Notes: generated from the sequence alone by a model not told the origin. DNA of 64,000 nt from Gammaproteobacteria bacterium (GCA_020050355.1 JAGVKT010000077.1:3-64002); one strand, 5' to 3'; counted from the stretch's first letter, positions 43,601 through 55,036 are shown. Translations and numbers: made by a program.

Positions 43601-45491
43601 AAAAGGCATCTTTAAAAGCGCTTTTAAGCTCATCAAAATTTTCATGCAAACCTCGAGCATCAATTAAAAAATCTGAAAGCCAAACAGATAAATCACCCGC
43701 TAAAGTAATTTCATAAGGCCACTCTTCAATAACTTTTAAACCAAAATCTTCTAAAATAGGTAAGACATGCGTAAGCCACAAACCATGATGACATTGCATA
43801 AGCTTCAAATGAATAATATGCACATCATGCAAATCACGCTCTAGATCAATGGCCAAAGTTTCATTAACTTCAAGGATGTGTTCTATCTCAGCAATATCTA
43901 AAAGCGCTGTGGTAACTGGAAAATCATCTCGATAAGATGAGGAAAATGCGCGCGCATATTTGTTATAAACAAAATTACCATGATGCTCACCTAACTTCTC
44001 AATCAACAACGCTTTTAAATCATCGCGCCAACTGCGTGCAGCAGCACATAATTTCGCTTCAATGGCTTTAATATCAGGAATAAGGTGATTTTTAGGATTA
44101 GTAGTGACTAAAAAATCAATACGACACAAAATAGAAGGTAAAAATTTTGGTACAAAATTAGAGCTTGTACCATGCAATTCTTTCATCAAAATATTTTGGA
44201 ATTTAATACGTAACTCGGTATTAAAAAGGTCACGCGGTAAATAAACCATACAACTATAAAAGCGATTAAGAATATCACGACGCATAAATAATCTAATTCT
44301 TTGACGCTCTTGAATATGCAAAATCCCCATAACAGTATCAAACAATGCTTCTTTAGAAATTTGAAACAATTCATCTTTAGGAAAACTTTCGATGATATCT
44401 TCTAGAGCTTTAGCATCATGACCTTTAGGCGGTAAGTGCACCCGATCAAAAACATAATGAACTTTTTTGCGCAGATAAGGGATATCCTGCGTCAATGTAT
44501 GATAGGCGCTTGAAGTATACAAACCTAAAAAACGCCCCTCTTTTAAAACTCTACCATGTTCGTCAAATTCACGTACAATAACAACATCCATCCATACTGG
44601 CCGATGAACCGTAGCCATATAACTTGATTTAGTAATCACCAAGCTCTCAGCATCCCAAGTTTTTAGGTCTACCGAAAATTCATTAGCCAAAATCCCTGGT
44701 TTATAAGAACTACGCTCACGCATTAAACCCAAAGCAGATTTGGATTCGTACTGCCAGAATGTATTTTTATTATTTGCAGGCTTAAATTCAGCAAAGCCTA
44801 AAAAAGTAAAGTGATCATTATCAAGCCACTTTAAAAAAGCGATAGCCTCTTCAAATTTTGCAGTGACAGTGTTTTTAGCTAATTGCTCCAAATGCTCAAC
44901 ATAGCTCGTCAAAGCTTGCTTCATCGAAGGGAAATCATCAACCACCAAACTAATATCTAACAAAATTCCATAAAGCGTTTGTGACAATGCCTGCAAAGCA
45001 GCAGCATCACTTTGTCGGTCAATAACAACATATACATTTGCTTCAGGCGCCATATCCGCAAAAGGTTTATTATCAAAGTCTTTTAAATTTCCTGCGGCAT
45101 CACGAGCAACCCATACACCTCCGGAATGTGCGATAAAATGAATAGAGATACCTTGGCGATTTAATTCCATCGACAAACTATCAACCACAAAAGGCATATC
45201 ATCTTGTACTAACTCAATAATAGAATGCGAAGAGCTATAACCATCCATCTTCACTTCTGGATTATAAATCTTAAGTTTAATTTCACCTGGTTTACGCTGC
45301 TGAATAAAACGAAAATGCGCATAAACAATCGCATAGACTTCTTCAATAGGGCGAATAGCCAGCTCGTCTAAAGCAACCGACAAAAAATATACTCTAACAA
45401 ATTTCTGCAATAATTCTCGATCTTTTTTAGCAGCATGGTTTTTAATATAGCTTTCTAAATTATGAATTAATTCATGAGCGTCTTTTGCCAT
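40680..45491 (-). CDS. gdhB: NAD-specific glutamate dehydrogenase, large (about 180 kDa) GdhB class
   Basis: 1603 aa. The central GDH catalytic core ([21 protein letters not shown]..) is flanked by the long N- and C-terminal extensions typical of the Bac_GDH family. Confidence 0.9.
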   Translation of the reverse strand: MAKDAHELIHNLESYIKNHAAKKDRELLQKFVRVYFLSVALDELAIRPIEEVYAIVYAHFRFIQQRKPGEIKLKIYNPEVKMDGYSSSHSIIELVQDDMPFVVDSLSMELNRQGISIHFIAHSGGVWVARDAAGNLKDFDNKPFADMAPEANVYVVIDRQSDAAALQALSQTLYGILLDISLVVDDFPSMKQALTSYVEHLEQLAKNTVTAKFEEAIAFLKWLDNDHFTFLGFAEFKPANNKNTFWQYESKSALGLMRERSSYKPGILANEFSVDLKTWDAESLVITKSSYMATVHRPVWMDVVIVREFDEHGRVLKEGRFLGLYTSSAYHTLTQDIPYLRKKVHYVFDRVHLPPKGHDAKALEDIIESFPKDELFQISKEALFDTVMGILHIQERQRIRLFMRRDILNRFYSCMVYLPRDLFNTELRIKFQNILMKELHGTSSNFVPKFLPSILCRIDFLVTTNPKNHLIPDIKAIEAKLCAAARSWRDDLKALLIEKLGEHHGNFVYNKYARAFSSSYRDDFPVTTALLDIAEIEHILEVNETLAIDLERDLHDVHIIHLKLMQCHHGLWLTHVLPILEDFGLKVIEEWPYEITLAGDLSVWLSDFLIDARGLHENFDELKSAFKDAFLEVWRQKAESDGFNRLILSVGLSIREVVILRAIAKYLAQIGFVYSQQYLEDTLVQYPELTRLLVQLFTTKFKVEATRKKQEQFNAIMDTLIKTLAKVANLDHDRIIRRFKDVIKAMLRTNYYQKDAEGQFKSCVAFKLNPALIPDMPKPVPMAEIFVYSPEVEGVHLRGAKVARGGIRWSDRREDFRTEVLGLMKAQQVKNAVIVPLGAKGGFYPKKLSAQQGRDEIQAEAIRCYKIYISALLDLTDNIVDNVVVPPADVVRYDDDDPYFVVAADKGTATFSDIANAISQSYQFWLGDAFASGGSFGYDHKKMGITARGAWESVKRHFLFLNKDIQKEDFTCLGIGDMSGDVFGNGMLLSKHIKLVAAFNHMHIFLDPHPNSETSFKERERLFKLSRSTWNDYNHKLISRGGGVYERTLKVIPISKEVQEVLKIEADELEPNELIKAILQAPLELFWNGGIGTYVKASTQTNQEVGDRANDAVRIDATELRCKVVGEGGNLGFTQLARVEFALNDGQICTDAIDNSAGVDCSDHEVNIKILLNEVMHQGALSLSERNNLLAAMEQEVAQLVLSDNYHQTETISNGIQQSSAGTTYIRVLRELEREGFISRTLEALPNDKVLKARISQNKSFTKPEFSVLMAYVKNTIKEIILKSALPNDVYFEKFLFLEFPKVLNEKYHKAMSNHPLKREIIVTQLVNKLVQYLGIAYIHRMYDEVGAAPDMSSRAFVVALELFEIEALWQEIEALDGKVPAVVQIGMMNQLSDFLQHQCRWLLTHYRRQMDPREIFQYFKEGCQEIFKRTRDYLNEDQNAFRAQMISEYCSHGAPKALAERVADFYYLYSAFDIIHAAREYKISYTEMMSTYYALSQNFGLSWLRQRLNEAALQGYWDMLTASSLKDRLNRYQAILVINIIKNKTKAQNVNQRIKNWAEQYKYFVDRWYILMEDFKISTQEFSRFSTLINCLRDLTETCCSK

Positions 45492-45663
45492 AAAGGCTTC
45501 TCATTATTGAGGGTGCGGTTAGTATAACGGAAGGATAATACGGGGACAAGTTGATGACGCTGGAAAGGTAAAGCCCATTAACGCCCACGGCTAAAAATGG
45601 GAACCTGCCGCGCTCAAAACCTTTTCGCTCTAAACGTTCTCCTAATGTCATGATGTCTTCCTA

Positions 45664-45747
45664 TTGACGTGAAAATTTCACTGTTTGTCCCAAAATCGAA
45701 AGCCATGCTGTAGGGGCGTAGGCTTGCTACGCCCGGCACGGCAGAGG
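45664..45747. repeat. MITE-family fragment B1 (inverted orientation relative to B2)
   Basis: ttgacgtgaaaatttcactgtttgtcccaaaatcgaaagccatgctgtaggggcgtaggcttgctacgcccgg.. The segment 45699-45736 is the perfect reverse complement of 45822-45859. Confidence 0.75.
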
Positions 45748-45767
45748 CATTAACATGAAGAAGCAAA

Positions 45768-45933
45768 GCCTGTTTAATAAAAAAATCATCATTGCTTATG
45801 AGCTTTAAAGTCCTGCAGTTACCGGGCGTAGCAAGCCTACGCCCCTACAGCATGGCTTTTATGCTACGGGGACAAACAGTGGAAACTTAACGCCAAGTAA
45901 AATCTGCGCATTTTGAAGTGTGTGTGGTATATA
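45768..45933. repeat. MITE-family copy B2
   Basis: About 90% identical to 20534-20698 and ends ..cgcattttgaagtgtgtgtggtatata. Confidence 0.75.
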
Positions 45934-46052
45934 CGTCAGGTCCCCAATATGTGAAAGCAACTCATTTTGAGTGATCTAAAATCAGATCAAATAAAAACCA
46001 ATTTAACAGAATTTGGTCATAAATGCAACTGCTTATTATATGTTCTTTAAAA

Positions 46053-46424
46053 TTAGGATTTCAAAGCTTTAGCAATTAATTGATCTATTTTTTCGCCTTG
46101 ACTAAAAGAAGGATCATAATAAAAATGCAGTTGCGGCATCATACGTAGTTGACAAGCCTTAGCTAAGGCTGAACGCAGAAAACCCTGAGCCTGTGCCAAG
46201 GCTTTTTCAACACTAGGTAATTTTGCTTCTTCTGGAATAACAAAATAAATCTTTGCATGGGATAAATCAGGCGAAGCTTCAACACCTGAAATAGTAAGTT
46301 GCTGCAAACGTGGATCATTAACCTCACGTAACAACAGCAAAGCCAATTGCTGTTGAATCATATCATTAATGCGTTCAAGCCTATAAGAAGGACGGTGGGT
46401 AGGAGCCATAAATACCTGCAACAA
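46053..46424 (-). CDS. rbfA: Ribosome-binding factor A
   Basis: RLERINDMIQQQLALLLLREVNDPRL parallels E. coli RbfA. The likely start is the Met at 46409. The gene is downstream of infB. Confidence 0.9.
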   Translation of the reverse strand: MLQVFMAPTHRPSYRLERINDMIQQQLALLLLREVNDPRLQQLTISGVEASPDLSHAKIYFVIPEEAKLPSVEKALAQAQGFLRSALAKACQLRMMPQLHFYYDPSFSQGEKIDQLIAKALKS

Positions 46425-46427
46425 ATA

Positions 46428-48890
46428 TCATAAAGATCTTTCAATTTTAGTAATTTCATATACTTCTATTTGATCACCAACTCGCACATCATGATAATTT
46501 TTAATACCAATGCCGCATTCCATATTTTGACGTACTTCTGCAGCATCATCTTTAAAACGACGTAACGATTCGATAGCGCCTTCAAAAATAACAACACTAT
46601 CACGCAATACACGCACTGGATTATTACGTTTAACCACACCTTCAATAACCATACAACCAGCGATAGTCCCAAATTTTGATGATTTAAATACTTCACGCAC
46701 CTCGGCAACACCGGTAATATTTTCACGTAATTCTGGTGCTAACATACCTGACATTGCTTTTTTCACATCATCAATCAAATTATAGATAATATTATAATAG
46801 CGCAGGTCAATGTGCTCTTTTTCTGCCAATTTTTTGGCACCCATGTCTGCACGCACATTAAAACCAAAAACCACTGCCGAAGAAGCCGTAGCTAAATTAA
46901 TATCAGATTCGGTAATCGCACCAATACCAGAACCTAAAATATTGACTCTAACTTCATCAGTAGAAATTTTATTCAAAGAATCAACTAAAGCCTCAAGAGA
47001 GCCACGGACATCAGCCTTTAAAACTACGCTTAAAGATTTTTGTTCACCTAATTTTAAGCGCTCAAACAGATTATCTAAGGTCGCCGGTACGGTTTTTTCT
47101 TCATTAAGTTTTTTAGCACGATTTAAGCGTAAATCAACAAGCTCGCGCGCTTGTTTTTCATCAGCAACTACCGCAACTAAATCTCCTGCCATCGGAACAT
47201 TTGAAAAACCTAACACTTCTACGGGCATCGAAGGCCCAACTGCATTAATTTGCTGACCCACTTCATCAAAAAGCGCACGAACCCGACCAAACTCAACTCC
47301 AGATAAAATAATATCGCCACGCTTTAAAGTACCGCTTTGCACTAACACACTTGCAGCAACACCACGATTCTTATCCAAACGTGATTCTAAAATAACACCA
47401 CGCGCAGGACCATCAACTACAGCTTTTAACTCTAAAACTTCTGCTTGTAACAAAATTGCATCTAATAAAGCATCGACTCCTTGACCAGTTTTAGAGGAGA
47501 CACCTACAAACATATTTTCGCCACCCCATTCTTCTGGAATAATTTCATAAGCAGTCAATGCTTGTTTAATTTTCTCAACATCCGCCTCTGGTTTATCAAT
47601 TTTAGTTAACGCAACAATAATAGCTACCTTTGCCGCTTTAGCATGTTGAATCGCTTCAATGGTCTGCGGCATTACGCCATCATCTGCTGCAATCACCAAA
47701 ACTACGATATCAGTAGCACTTGCACCGCGCGCGCGCATTGCCGTAAAAGCAGCATGACCAGGCGTATCCAAAAAGGTAACCATACCTTTAGAAGTTTCTA
47801 CATGATAAGCACCAATATGCTGGGTAATGCCTCCGGCTTCACCTAAAGCAACTTTGGTTCTGCGAATATAATCAAGCAATGAAGTTTTACCATGATCGAC
47901 GTGTCCCATAATAGTAACCACAGGTGCTCGTGATTTTAGCTCTCCGGTAACAGGCGCTTGCAACAAGGCTTCTTCAAGCACATTCTCATTGAGCGCTATG
48001 GCTTTATGCCCTAATTCCTCAACTAATAAAATTGCGGTATCTTGATCAATCGATTGATTGATCGTAACGGCAAGCCCCATCTTCATTAAAGCTTTAATGA
48101 GTTCAGTTGCTTTAATCGCCATCTTTTGCGCAAGATCTGCAACAACAATATTTGCAGGAACTTCAATAGTACGGACCATGGGCTCAGTGGGTTTAATAAA
48201 ATTTGATTTAATACGTTTTTTACGCCGAGCAACAGGGACCTCTTGAGGCTTAACAAGAGTATCCTCTTCTTCATCACCAGCCAAAGCTTCTAGTGCTGCA
48301 AGGCTAAAATGTCGCGTACCGCGATCTTCGAGCTTAGCTTTATGTTTTTTAGCTTTGCTTTCGATTTCATCTTCCTCAACAACTTCCTCTTTATGATGAC
48401 GATCTTTATGTTCATGTTTTTCTAAAAGCTCTAAAGCTGCTGGATCAGGTAAAGGTACAACTTTTTCATCTTTCTTTTTTACAACGAGTTTATTTTTTTC
48501 TATTAGTTTTTTTGTTACCAGAGGAGCTTCTGTTTTTTGCTCTTTGGCTAAAACCTGTGCACGCCGAGCCTCTTCTAAACGTTGCCGCTCTTCTTCCTCT
48601 GCCATTTTTTTTAATTCATCCGCCGTAGGCATGGTAAAACTACGTTTTTTGCGAATCTCCACATTAGCTTTCGAACTGGATTCTATTGGCTTTTTCTTTA
48701 ACGAAAGCGTGATCTTTTTAGGTGCTTGTTGCTGGCTTTGCATATGTTTAAGCAAAATAGCTTTTTGCGCATCGGTGACAATTTCTTCAGGTTTCTTTTG
48801 CGGCAAACCTGCTTCTTGCAATTTCTGCATCAACATATCAATATTCAAACCTACAAGACTTGCTAATTGTTGGACGGTAACGTCAGCCAT
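46428..48890 (-). CDS. infB: Translation initiation factor IF-2
   Basis: G-domain motifs [14 protein letters not shown] and TKID, with a charged Lys/Glu-rich N-terminal region. Length is 820 aa. Confidence 0.95.
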   Translation of the reverse strand: MADVTVQQLASLVGLNIDMLMQKLQEAGLPQKKPEEIVTDAQKAILLKHMQSQQQAPKKITLSLKKKPIESSSKANVEIRKKRSFTMPTADELKKMAEEEERQRLEEARRAQVLAKEQKTEAPLVTKKLIEKNKLVVKKKDEKVVPLPDPAALELLEKHEHKDRHHKEEVVEEDEIESKAKKHKAKLEDRGTRHFSLAALEALAGDEEEDTLVKPQEVPVARRKKRIKSNFIKPTEPMVRTIEVPANIVVADLAQKMAIKATELIKALMKMGLAVTINQSIDQDTAILLVEELGHKAIALNENVLEEALLQAPVTGELKSRAPVVTIMGHVDHGKTSLLDYIRRTKVALGEAGGITQHIGAYHVETSKGMVTFLDTPGHAAFTAMRARGASATDIVVLVIAADDGVMPQTIEAIQHAKAAKVAIIVALTKIDKPEADVEKIKQALTAYEIIPEEWGGENMFVGVSSKTGQGVDALLDAILLQAEVLELKAVVDGPARGVILESRLDKNRGVAASVLVQSGTLKRGDIILSGVEFGRVRALFDEVGQQINAVGPSMPVEVLGFSNVPMAGDLVAVVADEKQARELVDLRLNRAKKLNEEKTVPATLDNLFERLKLGEQKSLSVVLKADVRGSLEALVDSLNKISTDEVRVNILGSGIGAITESDINLATASSAVVFGFNVRADMGAKKLAEKEHIDLRYYNIIYNLIDDVKKAMSGMLAPELRENITGVAEVREVFKSSKFGTIAGCMVIEGVVKRNNPVRVLRDSVVIFEGAIESLRRFKDDAAEVRQNMECGIGIKNYHDVRVGDQIEVYEITKIERSL

Positions 48891-48923
48891 ATTCTATGCC
48901 TTCTCCACTGAGCTAAAAATTTT

Positions 48924-50393
48924 TTATTCAAACCAAGGCGCACGTGCTGCCATAATAATCTTAGCAGCCAAGACGCGATCCATACCTGGAATATCCATCA
49001 AATCATCTACTGCTTGCTCTGCAAGCTCTTCCATTGTGCGAATGCCATGTTGCGCTAATTTCTGCGCGATGTCCAGCGTCATGCCCTCAAGCGCTAACAA
49101 ATCTTCAGCAGGCACCTCCGCGGGTTTACCCGACAAAGCGCGGGTCAATAAGGCATTCTTAGCACGATCGCGTAATTCCATTACAGTTTCTTCTTCAAAT
49201 GCGCCTAAGTCCAATAATTCTTTTACTGGAACATATGCAACTTCTTCTAACGTCGCAAAACCTTCATTAATTAAAAGATTGGCGACATCTTCTTCTACAC
49301 CCAATTCGCTCATCAAGATTTCTTTTTGTGAGCTTAATTCTTTTTGCTCTTTTTCTTCGGCTTCGTTTTCAGCCATAACATTTAAACGCCATCCAGTAAG
49401 CTGACTTGCGAGACGAACATTCTGGCCATTTTTTCCGATAGCTAAAGATAGTTGGTCTTCAGGAACCGCAACATCCATACTGTGCGCATCTTCATCCATA
49501 ACGATTGAAACAATTTCTGCTGGAGCTAAAGCATGAATCACAAACTGCACCGGATTATCATCATAAACAATCACATCAATACGCTCACCACCTAATTCAT
49601 TGGTTACCGCCTGGATACGCGAACCACGCATGCCCACACAAGCGCCCACAGGATCAATACGACCATCATTGGTTTTAACAGCAATTTTAGCGCGCATGCC
49701 GGGATCACGTACCGCACATTTTACTTCAATAACTTCTTCAGCGACTTCAGGTACTTCTAAACGCAATAATTCAATCAACATTTCTGGACAAGCACGACTT
49801 AACAAAATATGCGCGCCTTTTTGATCTTTAAAAACATCTTTTAAATAAAAACGAATACGATCACCCATTTTATAGATTTCTCGAGGAATGCTCTCGGTAC
49901 GCGGCATTAAACCTTCACCATTCTCCCCTAAGTCTACAATAATATTGTCACGAGTAACGCGCTTAATTGTTCCAGACAATAGCTCACCAACACGTCCTTT
50001 AAATTCTTCAACCGTCTTATCACGTTCAGCTTCACGAATTTTTTGAATCACTACATTTTTTGCAGTCTGTGCTGCAATACGACCAAACTCAATAGAAGGA
50101 ATTTCCTCTTCCAACACTGTGCCTGCTTCAACTTCTTTATCATCAGCATCTTTCAAGAATATTTGTGCTGCAGGATTTTCCATCTCCGCATCATCAGCAA
50201 GCACAGTCCAACGGCGAAAAGTAACGTAATTACCGGTTTTACGATCAATCTCTACACGTACATCCCAATCCATACTATTTAATTTACGTGTAGCCATCGC
50301 AAGGCCTTGTTCCAAGGCATCAAAAATAACACCTTGATCCATCATTTTTTCATTGGCGACAGTCTCAGCTACTAATAATAATTCTTTGCTCAT
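48924..50393 (-). CDS. nusA: Transcription termination/antitermination factor NusA
   Basis: S1 and KH domains are followed by C-terminal acidic repeat domains. The N-terminus is MSKELLLVAETVANEK. Confidence 0.95.
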   Translation of the reverse strand: MSKELLLVAETVANEKMMDQGVIFDALEQGLAMATRKLNSMDWDVRVEIDRKTGNYVTFRRWTVLADDAEMENPAAQIFLKDADDKEVEAGTVLEEEIPSIEFGRIAAQTAKNVVIQKIREAERDKTVEEFKGRVGELLSGTIKRVTRDNIIVDLGENGEGLMPRTESIPREIYKMGDRIRFYLKDVFKDQKGAHILLSRACPEMLIELLRLEVPEVAEEVIEVKCAVRDPGMRAKIAVKTNDGRIDPVGACVGMRGSRIQAVTNELGGERIDVIVYDDNPVQFVIHALAPAEIVSIVMDEDAHSMDVAVPEDQLSLAIGKNGQNVRLASQLTGWRLNVMAENEAEEKEQKELSSQKEILMSELGVEEDVANLLINEGFATLEEVAYVPVKELLDLGAFEEETVMELRDRAKNALLTRALSGKPAEVPAEDLLALEGMTLDIAQKLAQHGIRTMEELAEQAVDDLMDIPGMDRVLAAKIIMAARAPWFE

Positions 50394-50398
50394 GCTCG

Positions 50399-50872
50399 TT
50401 ACTCCTTCACTTTATGCCAATCTATAATCAAATTGGCTCTGTGTATATTATCAAAATCAATACTAACTTCTTTGTCCGCTTCAACTAATATTATTTTATC
50501 TTTATGTACTGCACTCAGTACACCTTTAAAATTACGCTGCCCCGCAATCGGTACTATAGTTTTAACACTCATCAGTTCACCACAATAATGCGGATATTGC
50601 TCAGGATAAAATAAAGTTCGATCCAAACCGGGAGAAGACACCTCTAAAGCATATTCAGTTTTAATAGGATCTTCTACATCTAAAACCCGACTCAACTGCC
50701 GGCTCACCAGTTCACAATCTTCTACCGAAATCCCTTGCTCTTGATCAATATACACGCGCAATAAACTTTTACGTTTACCACCCCCCGCAAACTCAAGCCC
50801 CCAAAATTCATAGCCCAAAGCTTCAACACTAGGCTTTAACAAATCAACTAAATCATCACGCATGAGGGTCAT
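50399..50872 (-). CDS. rimP: Ribosome maturation factor RimP
   Basis: LLRVYIDQEQGISVEDCELVSRQLSRVLDVEDPI..YALEVSSPGLDRTL is the RimP signature. The gene is immediately upstream of nusA. Confidence 0.9.
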   Translation of the reverse strand: MTLMRDDLVDLLKPSVEALGYEFWGLEFAGGGKRKSLLRVYIDQEQGISVEDCELVSRQLSRVLDVEDPIKTEYALEVSSPGLDRTLFYPEQYPHYCGELMSVKTIVPIAGQRNFKGVLSAVHKDKIILVEADKEVSIDFDNIHRANLIIDWHKVKE

Positions 50873-50883
50873 CCATTTCTAAT

Positions 50884-50905
50884 AAAAAAGGCCGTTAAAA
50901 CGGCC
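50884..50905 (-). terminator. Intrinsic terminator/attenuator between metY and rimP
   Basis: On the minus strand the hairpin ggccgttttaacggcc (5-bp GC stem) is followed by tttttt. The position matches the known metY-rimP terminator arrangement in E. coli. Confidence 0.6.
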
Positions 50906-50931
50906 TCCTTCTTATAAAAATCCTCTAAAAC

Positions 50932-51008
<77 letters not shown>

Positions 51009-51022
51009 ATCAAGTGCGGAGA

Positions 51023-51051
51023 AGTATATAAGATTTATTCAGTTAATGCAA
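51023..51051 (-). promoter_or_regulatory. Sigma70-type promoter for metY-rimP-nusA-infB-rbfA
   Basis: Minus strand: TTGCAT (51051-51046), 17-nt spacer, TATACT (51028-51023), 14 nt before the mature tRNA 5' end. Confidence 0.5.
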
Positions 51052-51091
51052 GGAATCTTTTCAGCCAAGCTTTAGCTTTTTACACAAGCAT

Positions 51092-51457
51092 TTAATGATG
51101 AAAGGAAATAAGCATCGCCAAGATAGCCGTAGAAATAGCAATAAATCTACCCAATTTCATAGTAAGTTTATTTTCAAGGCGCAACTCTAGCGCGATTAAC
51201 TCTTGCTTTAAAAGAGTTAAATCTTGTTTTAAGGTGGATAAATCTTGTTTTAGAGGAATTAGATCTTGTTTGGTAGCCAAATGCTCATCCGCTACCGCAA
51301 CTAAAGCTTCAGCTTGCGCCTCTGCCTGACGCTGGGAAAGGCCACCAGCAATTAAACTCTTAGTATATTTTAAAGTATCAAAAAGCATAATATTCAACCC
51401 CATAAACAACACAAAAATATCATAGAACAAAATATAACCAGAGTCAAATATACCCAT
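51092..51457 (-). CDS. DUF1640-like coiled-coil protein with a C-terminal TM anchor
   Basis: MLFDTLKYTKSLIAGGLSQRQAEAQAEALVAV..LATKQDL, repeated LKQDL heptads and a terminal hydrophobic helix. The likely start is the Met at 51388, because the upstream 23 codons look non-native. Confidence 0.6.
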   Translation of the reverse strand: MGIFDSGYILFYDIFVLFMGLNIMLFDTLKYTKSLIAGGLSQRQAEAQAEALVAVADEHLATKQDLIPLKQDLSTLKQDLTLLKQELIALELRLENKLTMKLGRFIAISTAILAMLISFHH

Positions 51458-51487
51458 CTTACTTCAAAAGACTGGATTTTAAAGAAA

Positions 51488-51566
51488 CCTGCAGTTACCG
51501 GGCGTAGCAAGCGACACTACAGCAGGGCTTTCGATTTTGGAATAAACAGTAAAATTTTTACGTTAA
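51488..51566. repeat. MITE-family fragment C (no terminal repeat)
   Basis: cctgcagttaccgggcgtagcaagcgacactacagcagggctttcgattttggaataaacagtaaaatttttacgttaa is a diverged version of the core seen at 45664-45747 and 55900-55963. Confidence 0.65.
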
Positions 51567-51569
51567 TTT

Positions 51570-53111
51570 TTATGAAGGCCCTGCATCTTTAATAGCCGCA
51601 GTAACGCCAGCAAACTTAGCAAAATTTTCTTTGAATTTACCAATTAGGGTTTGCAAGGCTTGCTGATAAGCGGTTTGATCAGACCATGATTTACGTGGGT
51701 CAAGCAGCTGCTCAGCTACGCCCTGCAGTCGTGTAGGAATCTTAAAATTAAACCCCGGCAAAATAACCGTCGGCTCTTTTAAAATATCACCAGACAAAAC
51801 ACCATCAATAATGCTGCGTGTTGTAGGAATACTAAAACGCTGCCCACCAGCGCCATAGGCGCCGCCACCCCAACCGGTATTCACCAAATAGACCTGTGCA
51901 TTATCTTCACGAATACGCCGCATCAAAATCTGCGCATAGACCTCAGGCGGACGCGGAAAAAATGGCGCCCCAAAACAAGCACTAAAAGTAACGCTAATTC
52001 CCTTAGCACTACCCATTTCAGTACTACCAACTAATGCGGTATAACCACTTAAAAAATAATATGCCGCCTGCTCAGGATTTAAAATTGCTACAGGCGGAAT
52101 CACACCAAATAAATCACAGGTTAAAAAAATCACTGCCTGAGGCACAGCGCCGCGATTTTCCGGAACAAAACCTTCAATAAATTCACGCGGATAAGCTACA
52201 CGCGTATTCTCTGTATAGCGCGCGTCCGCATAATCAGGCATTTTAGTCTTTGGATCAAGAACCACATTTTCCATGATAGCACCCTGACGAATCGCATGAT
52301 AAATCATCGGCTCATTTTTTTCGGAGAGATTAATACATTTGGCATAACATCCCCCCTCAAAATTAAACACCGCGCTTTTACTCCAACCATGCTCATCATC
52401 ACCAATTAAATGCCGCTTAGGATCGGCTGATAAAGTGGTTTTACCTGTCCCTGACAAACCAAAAAATATAGCGACATCACCCGCCTCACCTTGATTTGCC
52501 GAACAATGCATCGGCAAGACATCGTGTTCAGGCAGAAGAAAATTTAAAACCGTAAACATGGCTTTTTTCATCTCTCCCGCATAAGCAGTACCACAAATTA
52601 AAATTTTACGCTCCGTAAAATTTAACATAACACAAGCTTCAGAATTTAAACCATAAACTTTTGGATCCACAAAATAACCAGGGGCACTTAAGATGGTAAA
52701 AACAGGACGGTTTGGATTTTTTTCTTCACGGATAAATAAATTATGCGCAAATAAATTATGCCAAGCATATTCAGTAATCACCATGACCGGCGCTTGTAAT
52801 TCAGGATCTGCGCCGACCACATAATGATTCACGTAGACATTTTTAGTTTGTAGATAAGCCACAGCCTCATCCCAAAGCGCATTAAAAATCTGGGGCGCAA
52901 TAGGTTGATTGATTTTACCCCAATCAACAGTATCTAGTGTAAGCGCGTCTTTTACAATAAAACGATCTTTAGGGGAACGCCCTGTACGCTTACCAGTCAG
53001 GGCATTTAATGCACCATTACTTGCAAGCTCAGCTTCGTGATTATTGAGTGCATGCTCAATTAGAAGCGCACTGGTTAAATTTTGAAAAACCTTGTTAAAT
53101 TGCTGTGGCAT
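51570..53111 (-). CDS. pckA: Phosphoenolpyruvate carboxykinase (ATP)
   Basis: Kinase-1a [11 protein letters not shown] motif, 513 aa, and PckA-type N-terminus and C-terminus. Confidence 0.95.
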   Translation of the reverse strand: MPQQFNKVFQNLTSALLIEHALNNHEAELASNGALNALTGKRTGRSPKDRFIVKDALTLDTVDWGKINQPIAPQIFNALWDEAVAYLQTKNVYVNHYVVGADPELQAPVMVITEYAWHNLFAHNLFIREEKNPNRPVFTILSAPGYFVDPKVYGLNSEACVMLNFTERKILICGTAYAGEMKKAMFTVLNFLLPEHDVLPMHCSANQGEAGDVAIFFGLSGTGKTTLSADPKRHLIGDDEHGWSKSAVFNFEGGCYAKCINLSEKNEPMIYHAIRQGAIMENVVLDPKTKMPDYADARYTENTRVAYPREFIEGFVPENRGAVPQAVIFLTCDLFGVIPPVAILNPEQAAYYFLSGYTALVGSTEMGSAKGISVTFSACFGAPFFPRPPEVYAQILMRRIREDNAQVYLVNTGWGGGAYGAGGQRFSIPTTRSIIDGVLSGDILKEPTVILPGFNFKIPTRLQGVAEQLLDPRKSWSDQTAYQQALQTLIGKFKENFAKFAGVTAAIKDAGPS

Positions 53112-53136
53112 AACATCAACCTCTCAATTAAAGAGC

Positions 53137-54393
53137 TTATTCTGCACGGATATATTGATTTAATTTTTGCTGTACACGCGTTGCTTGTAAAGCACGTAAT
53201 TCTGATAAATGCCCCACCAATGGCAAAGCATACTCATAAAATTCTTCGGTGACATGATTGCCTGCTTTATTCAGCATTGAACGTGGCATCAATTTTGTTT
53301 TTTGTGCCACTAATGCTAAATCACATAAGCTTGTCTCAACTTTATAAGATGTGTGACTTACGCGCTTTAAACAAACCATTTTGTCAGTTTCACCGCGCAT
53401 CATATAGTGTACCGCCATACTGCCCAATTTAAATGCTTCTTGTTGATCAACTAAAGACGCCATACCTACAAAAGAACGCTGCAAATAGCCAAAGGTATCC
53501 GCCCTTGTCCTGAGCTTGCCTAATTCATGATGATAATTAATTTTTTTCTTAATCAAGCTAATTAAATAATCACCCAACTTACCTGAACTGGACACTAACG
53601 GATTACCAAACTCATCTTTATCATCAATAAAATTACCATCTAACTGATCCGCAATACCTTCCGCAACCACGATAGTCACACGCTGCAAGCGATCATAGGT
53701 TTTTTGAATGTCTTTAACAAATTGCTCTGGCGAAAATTCTAACTCCGGCACATAAATTAAATGCGGTCCAACCTCATCATGCTGCGCAACATCAATATGA
53801 CCCTTTTTAGCCAAGGCCGTCGCCGCGGCCACCCAACCAGCATGACGCCCCATGACGACATTAATTTTAACGCTATTATAAAAACTCCGATTATCTAAAT
53901 CATCACCGGCAATAATATGTGATACGACTTTAGCAACACTGCCATAACCCGGACAATGATCGGTCACCTCTAAATCATTATCAATGGTCTTGGGCACATG
54001 CAAAATCCGCAAATCTACACCACGCTCATTTGCAGCGGCACGAATAAGCTGCGCCGCCTCAGCAGAATCATTACCACCGATATAAAATAAAAATTTAATA
54101 TTATGTGCTAATAGCACTGCAAAAATACGCTCAAGATCCGCAGCTTTCGGTTTAATACGCGCAGAACCCAAAGCAGCACCTGGAGAATTAGCTATTTCTA
54201 GCCAGATATTGTGATCTTCTTTTGATAAGTCTAAAAGATGTTCATAGAGCAAACCATGTAAACCATGATCGGCTCCTAAAACTTTTTGAATCTCAGGATA
54301 ACTTTGCGCCGCCTGCATGATACCAGCAAGCGATTGATTAATAACGGCTGTAGGACCACCGGACTGGATGATTAATGCATTCCCTTGAATCAT
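53137..54393 (-). CDS. Phosphofructokinase-family enzyme, probably PPi-dependent (Pfp type)
   Basis: PKTIDNDL and MGRHAGW motifs. The nucleotide-site motif reads YIGGNDS, neither the GGDGS of ATP-PFKs nor the classic GGDDS. The length of 418 aa fits short Pfp enzymes. Confidence 0.75.
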   Translation of the reverse strand: MIQGNALIIQSGGPTAVINQSLAGIMQAAQSYPEIQKVLGADHGLHGLLYEHLLDLSKEDHNIWLEIANSPGAALGSARIKPKAADLERIFAVLLAHNIKFLFYIGGNDSAEAAQLIRAAANERGVDLRILHVPKTIDNDLEVTDHCPGYGSVAKVVSHIIAGDDLDNRSFYNSVKINVVMGRHAGWVAAATALAKKGHIDVAQHDEVGPHLIYVPELEFSPEQFVKDIQKTYDRLQRVTIVVAEGIADQLDGNFIDDKDEFGNPLVSSSGKLGDYLISLIKKKINYHHELGKLRTRADTFGYLQRSFVGMASLVDQQEAFKLGSMAVHYMMRGETDKMVCLKRVSHTSYKVETSLCDLALVAQKTKLMPRSMLNKAGNHVTEEFYEYALPLVGHLSELRALQATRVQQKLNQYIRAE

Positions 54394-54504
54394 TCATCAC
54401 TCTTTACCAAACAGGTTGCTGGCATTGTGCAGGATTATTAATTTTTCTGCAAGATGGTAATCATGAGAAATAATTAAAAAGGATAAAATAGAATCTATGC
54501 CTTT

Positions 54505-55005
54505 TTACTTCCAATCTCGAACAAGATAGGTTGCTGCTTCCGAAACACTTGCAGGTGAACCTGAAGTACTACTTACGCTACCACTTCTCTCAGCAGCAAA
54601 TGATGAAAACAAGTCAAAAATTTCAGGCTTACTTTTTGCCAATAAATGAGCAGATACGCCTCCTTTTTTACCCGCATAAGGATCAGCTCCAAACAATAAT
54701 AACGTTTGGATAATGGCACGCTGGCGACCTAAATCTAATCCTGTATGAGCCACCGCTCTAGCCAACGCGGTATAGCCTTTAGAATCAACAAAATCAATAT
54801 GACCTTTAGGGATAGTGGGGTCTGTGGTAGAGGCATCAGCAAGCTTATGGGCTTTACCTAACCGATTAATACTCCTCAAATCCCCAGCCAAGACTGCTGC
54901 AATCAAATCTGAATCTGCTTTAACAGTGACAATAGCTTGAGAAGAAACACTAAAGAACGAAAAAGAAAACATAATGCCTCCATGCATTAATAATCCCAGA
55001 GGCAT
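54505..55005 (-). CDS. Ankyrin-repeat protein with an N-terminal hydrophobic leader
   Basis: DLIAAVLAGDLRSINRL, GYTALARAVAH..IIQTLLLFGADPY and GVSAHLLAKSK fit 2-3 ANK repeats. The leader is MFSFSFFSVSSQA. The tail is Ser-rich. Confidence 0.7.
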   Translation of the reverse strand: MPLGLLMHGGIMFSFSFFSVSSQAIVTVKADSDLIAAVLAGDLRSINRLGKAHKLADASTTDPTIPKGHIDFVDSKGYTALARAVAHTGLDLGRQRAIIQTLLLFGADPYAGKKGGVSAHLLAKSKPEIFDLFSSFAAERSGSVSSTSGSPASVSEAATYLVRDWK

Positions 55006-55036
55006 TATAACATAATTTAAATATTAATAAATAATA

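Noticed and set aside
46810-49404. Plus-strand ORFs of 148 aa (46810-47256) and 286 aa (48544-49404) opposite infB and nusA
   Set aside because: They are Ser/Ala/Cys-rich, low-complexity translations antisense to strongly supported essential genes. They show no start context and no motif.
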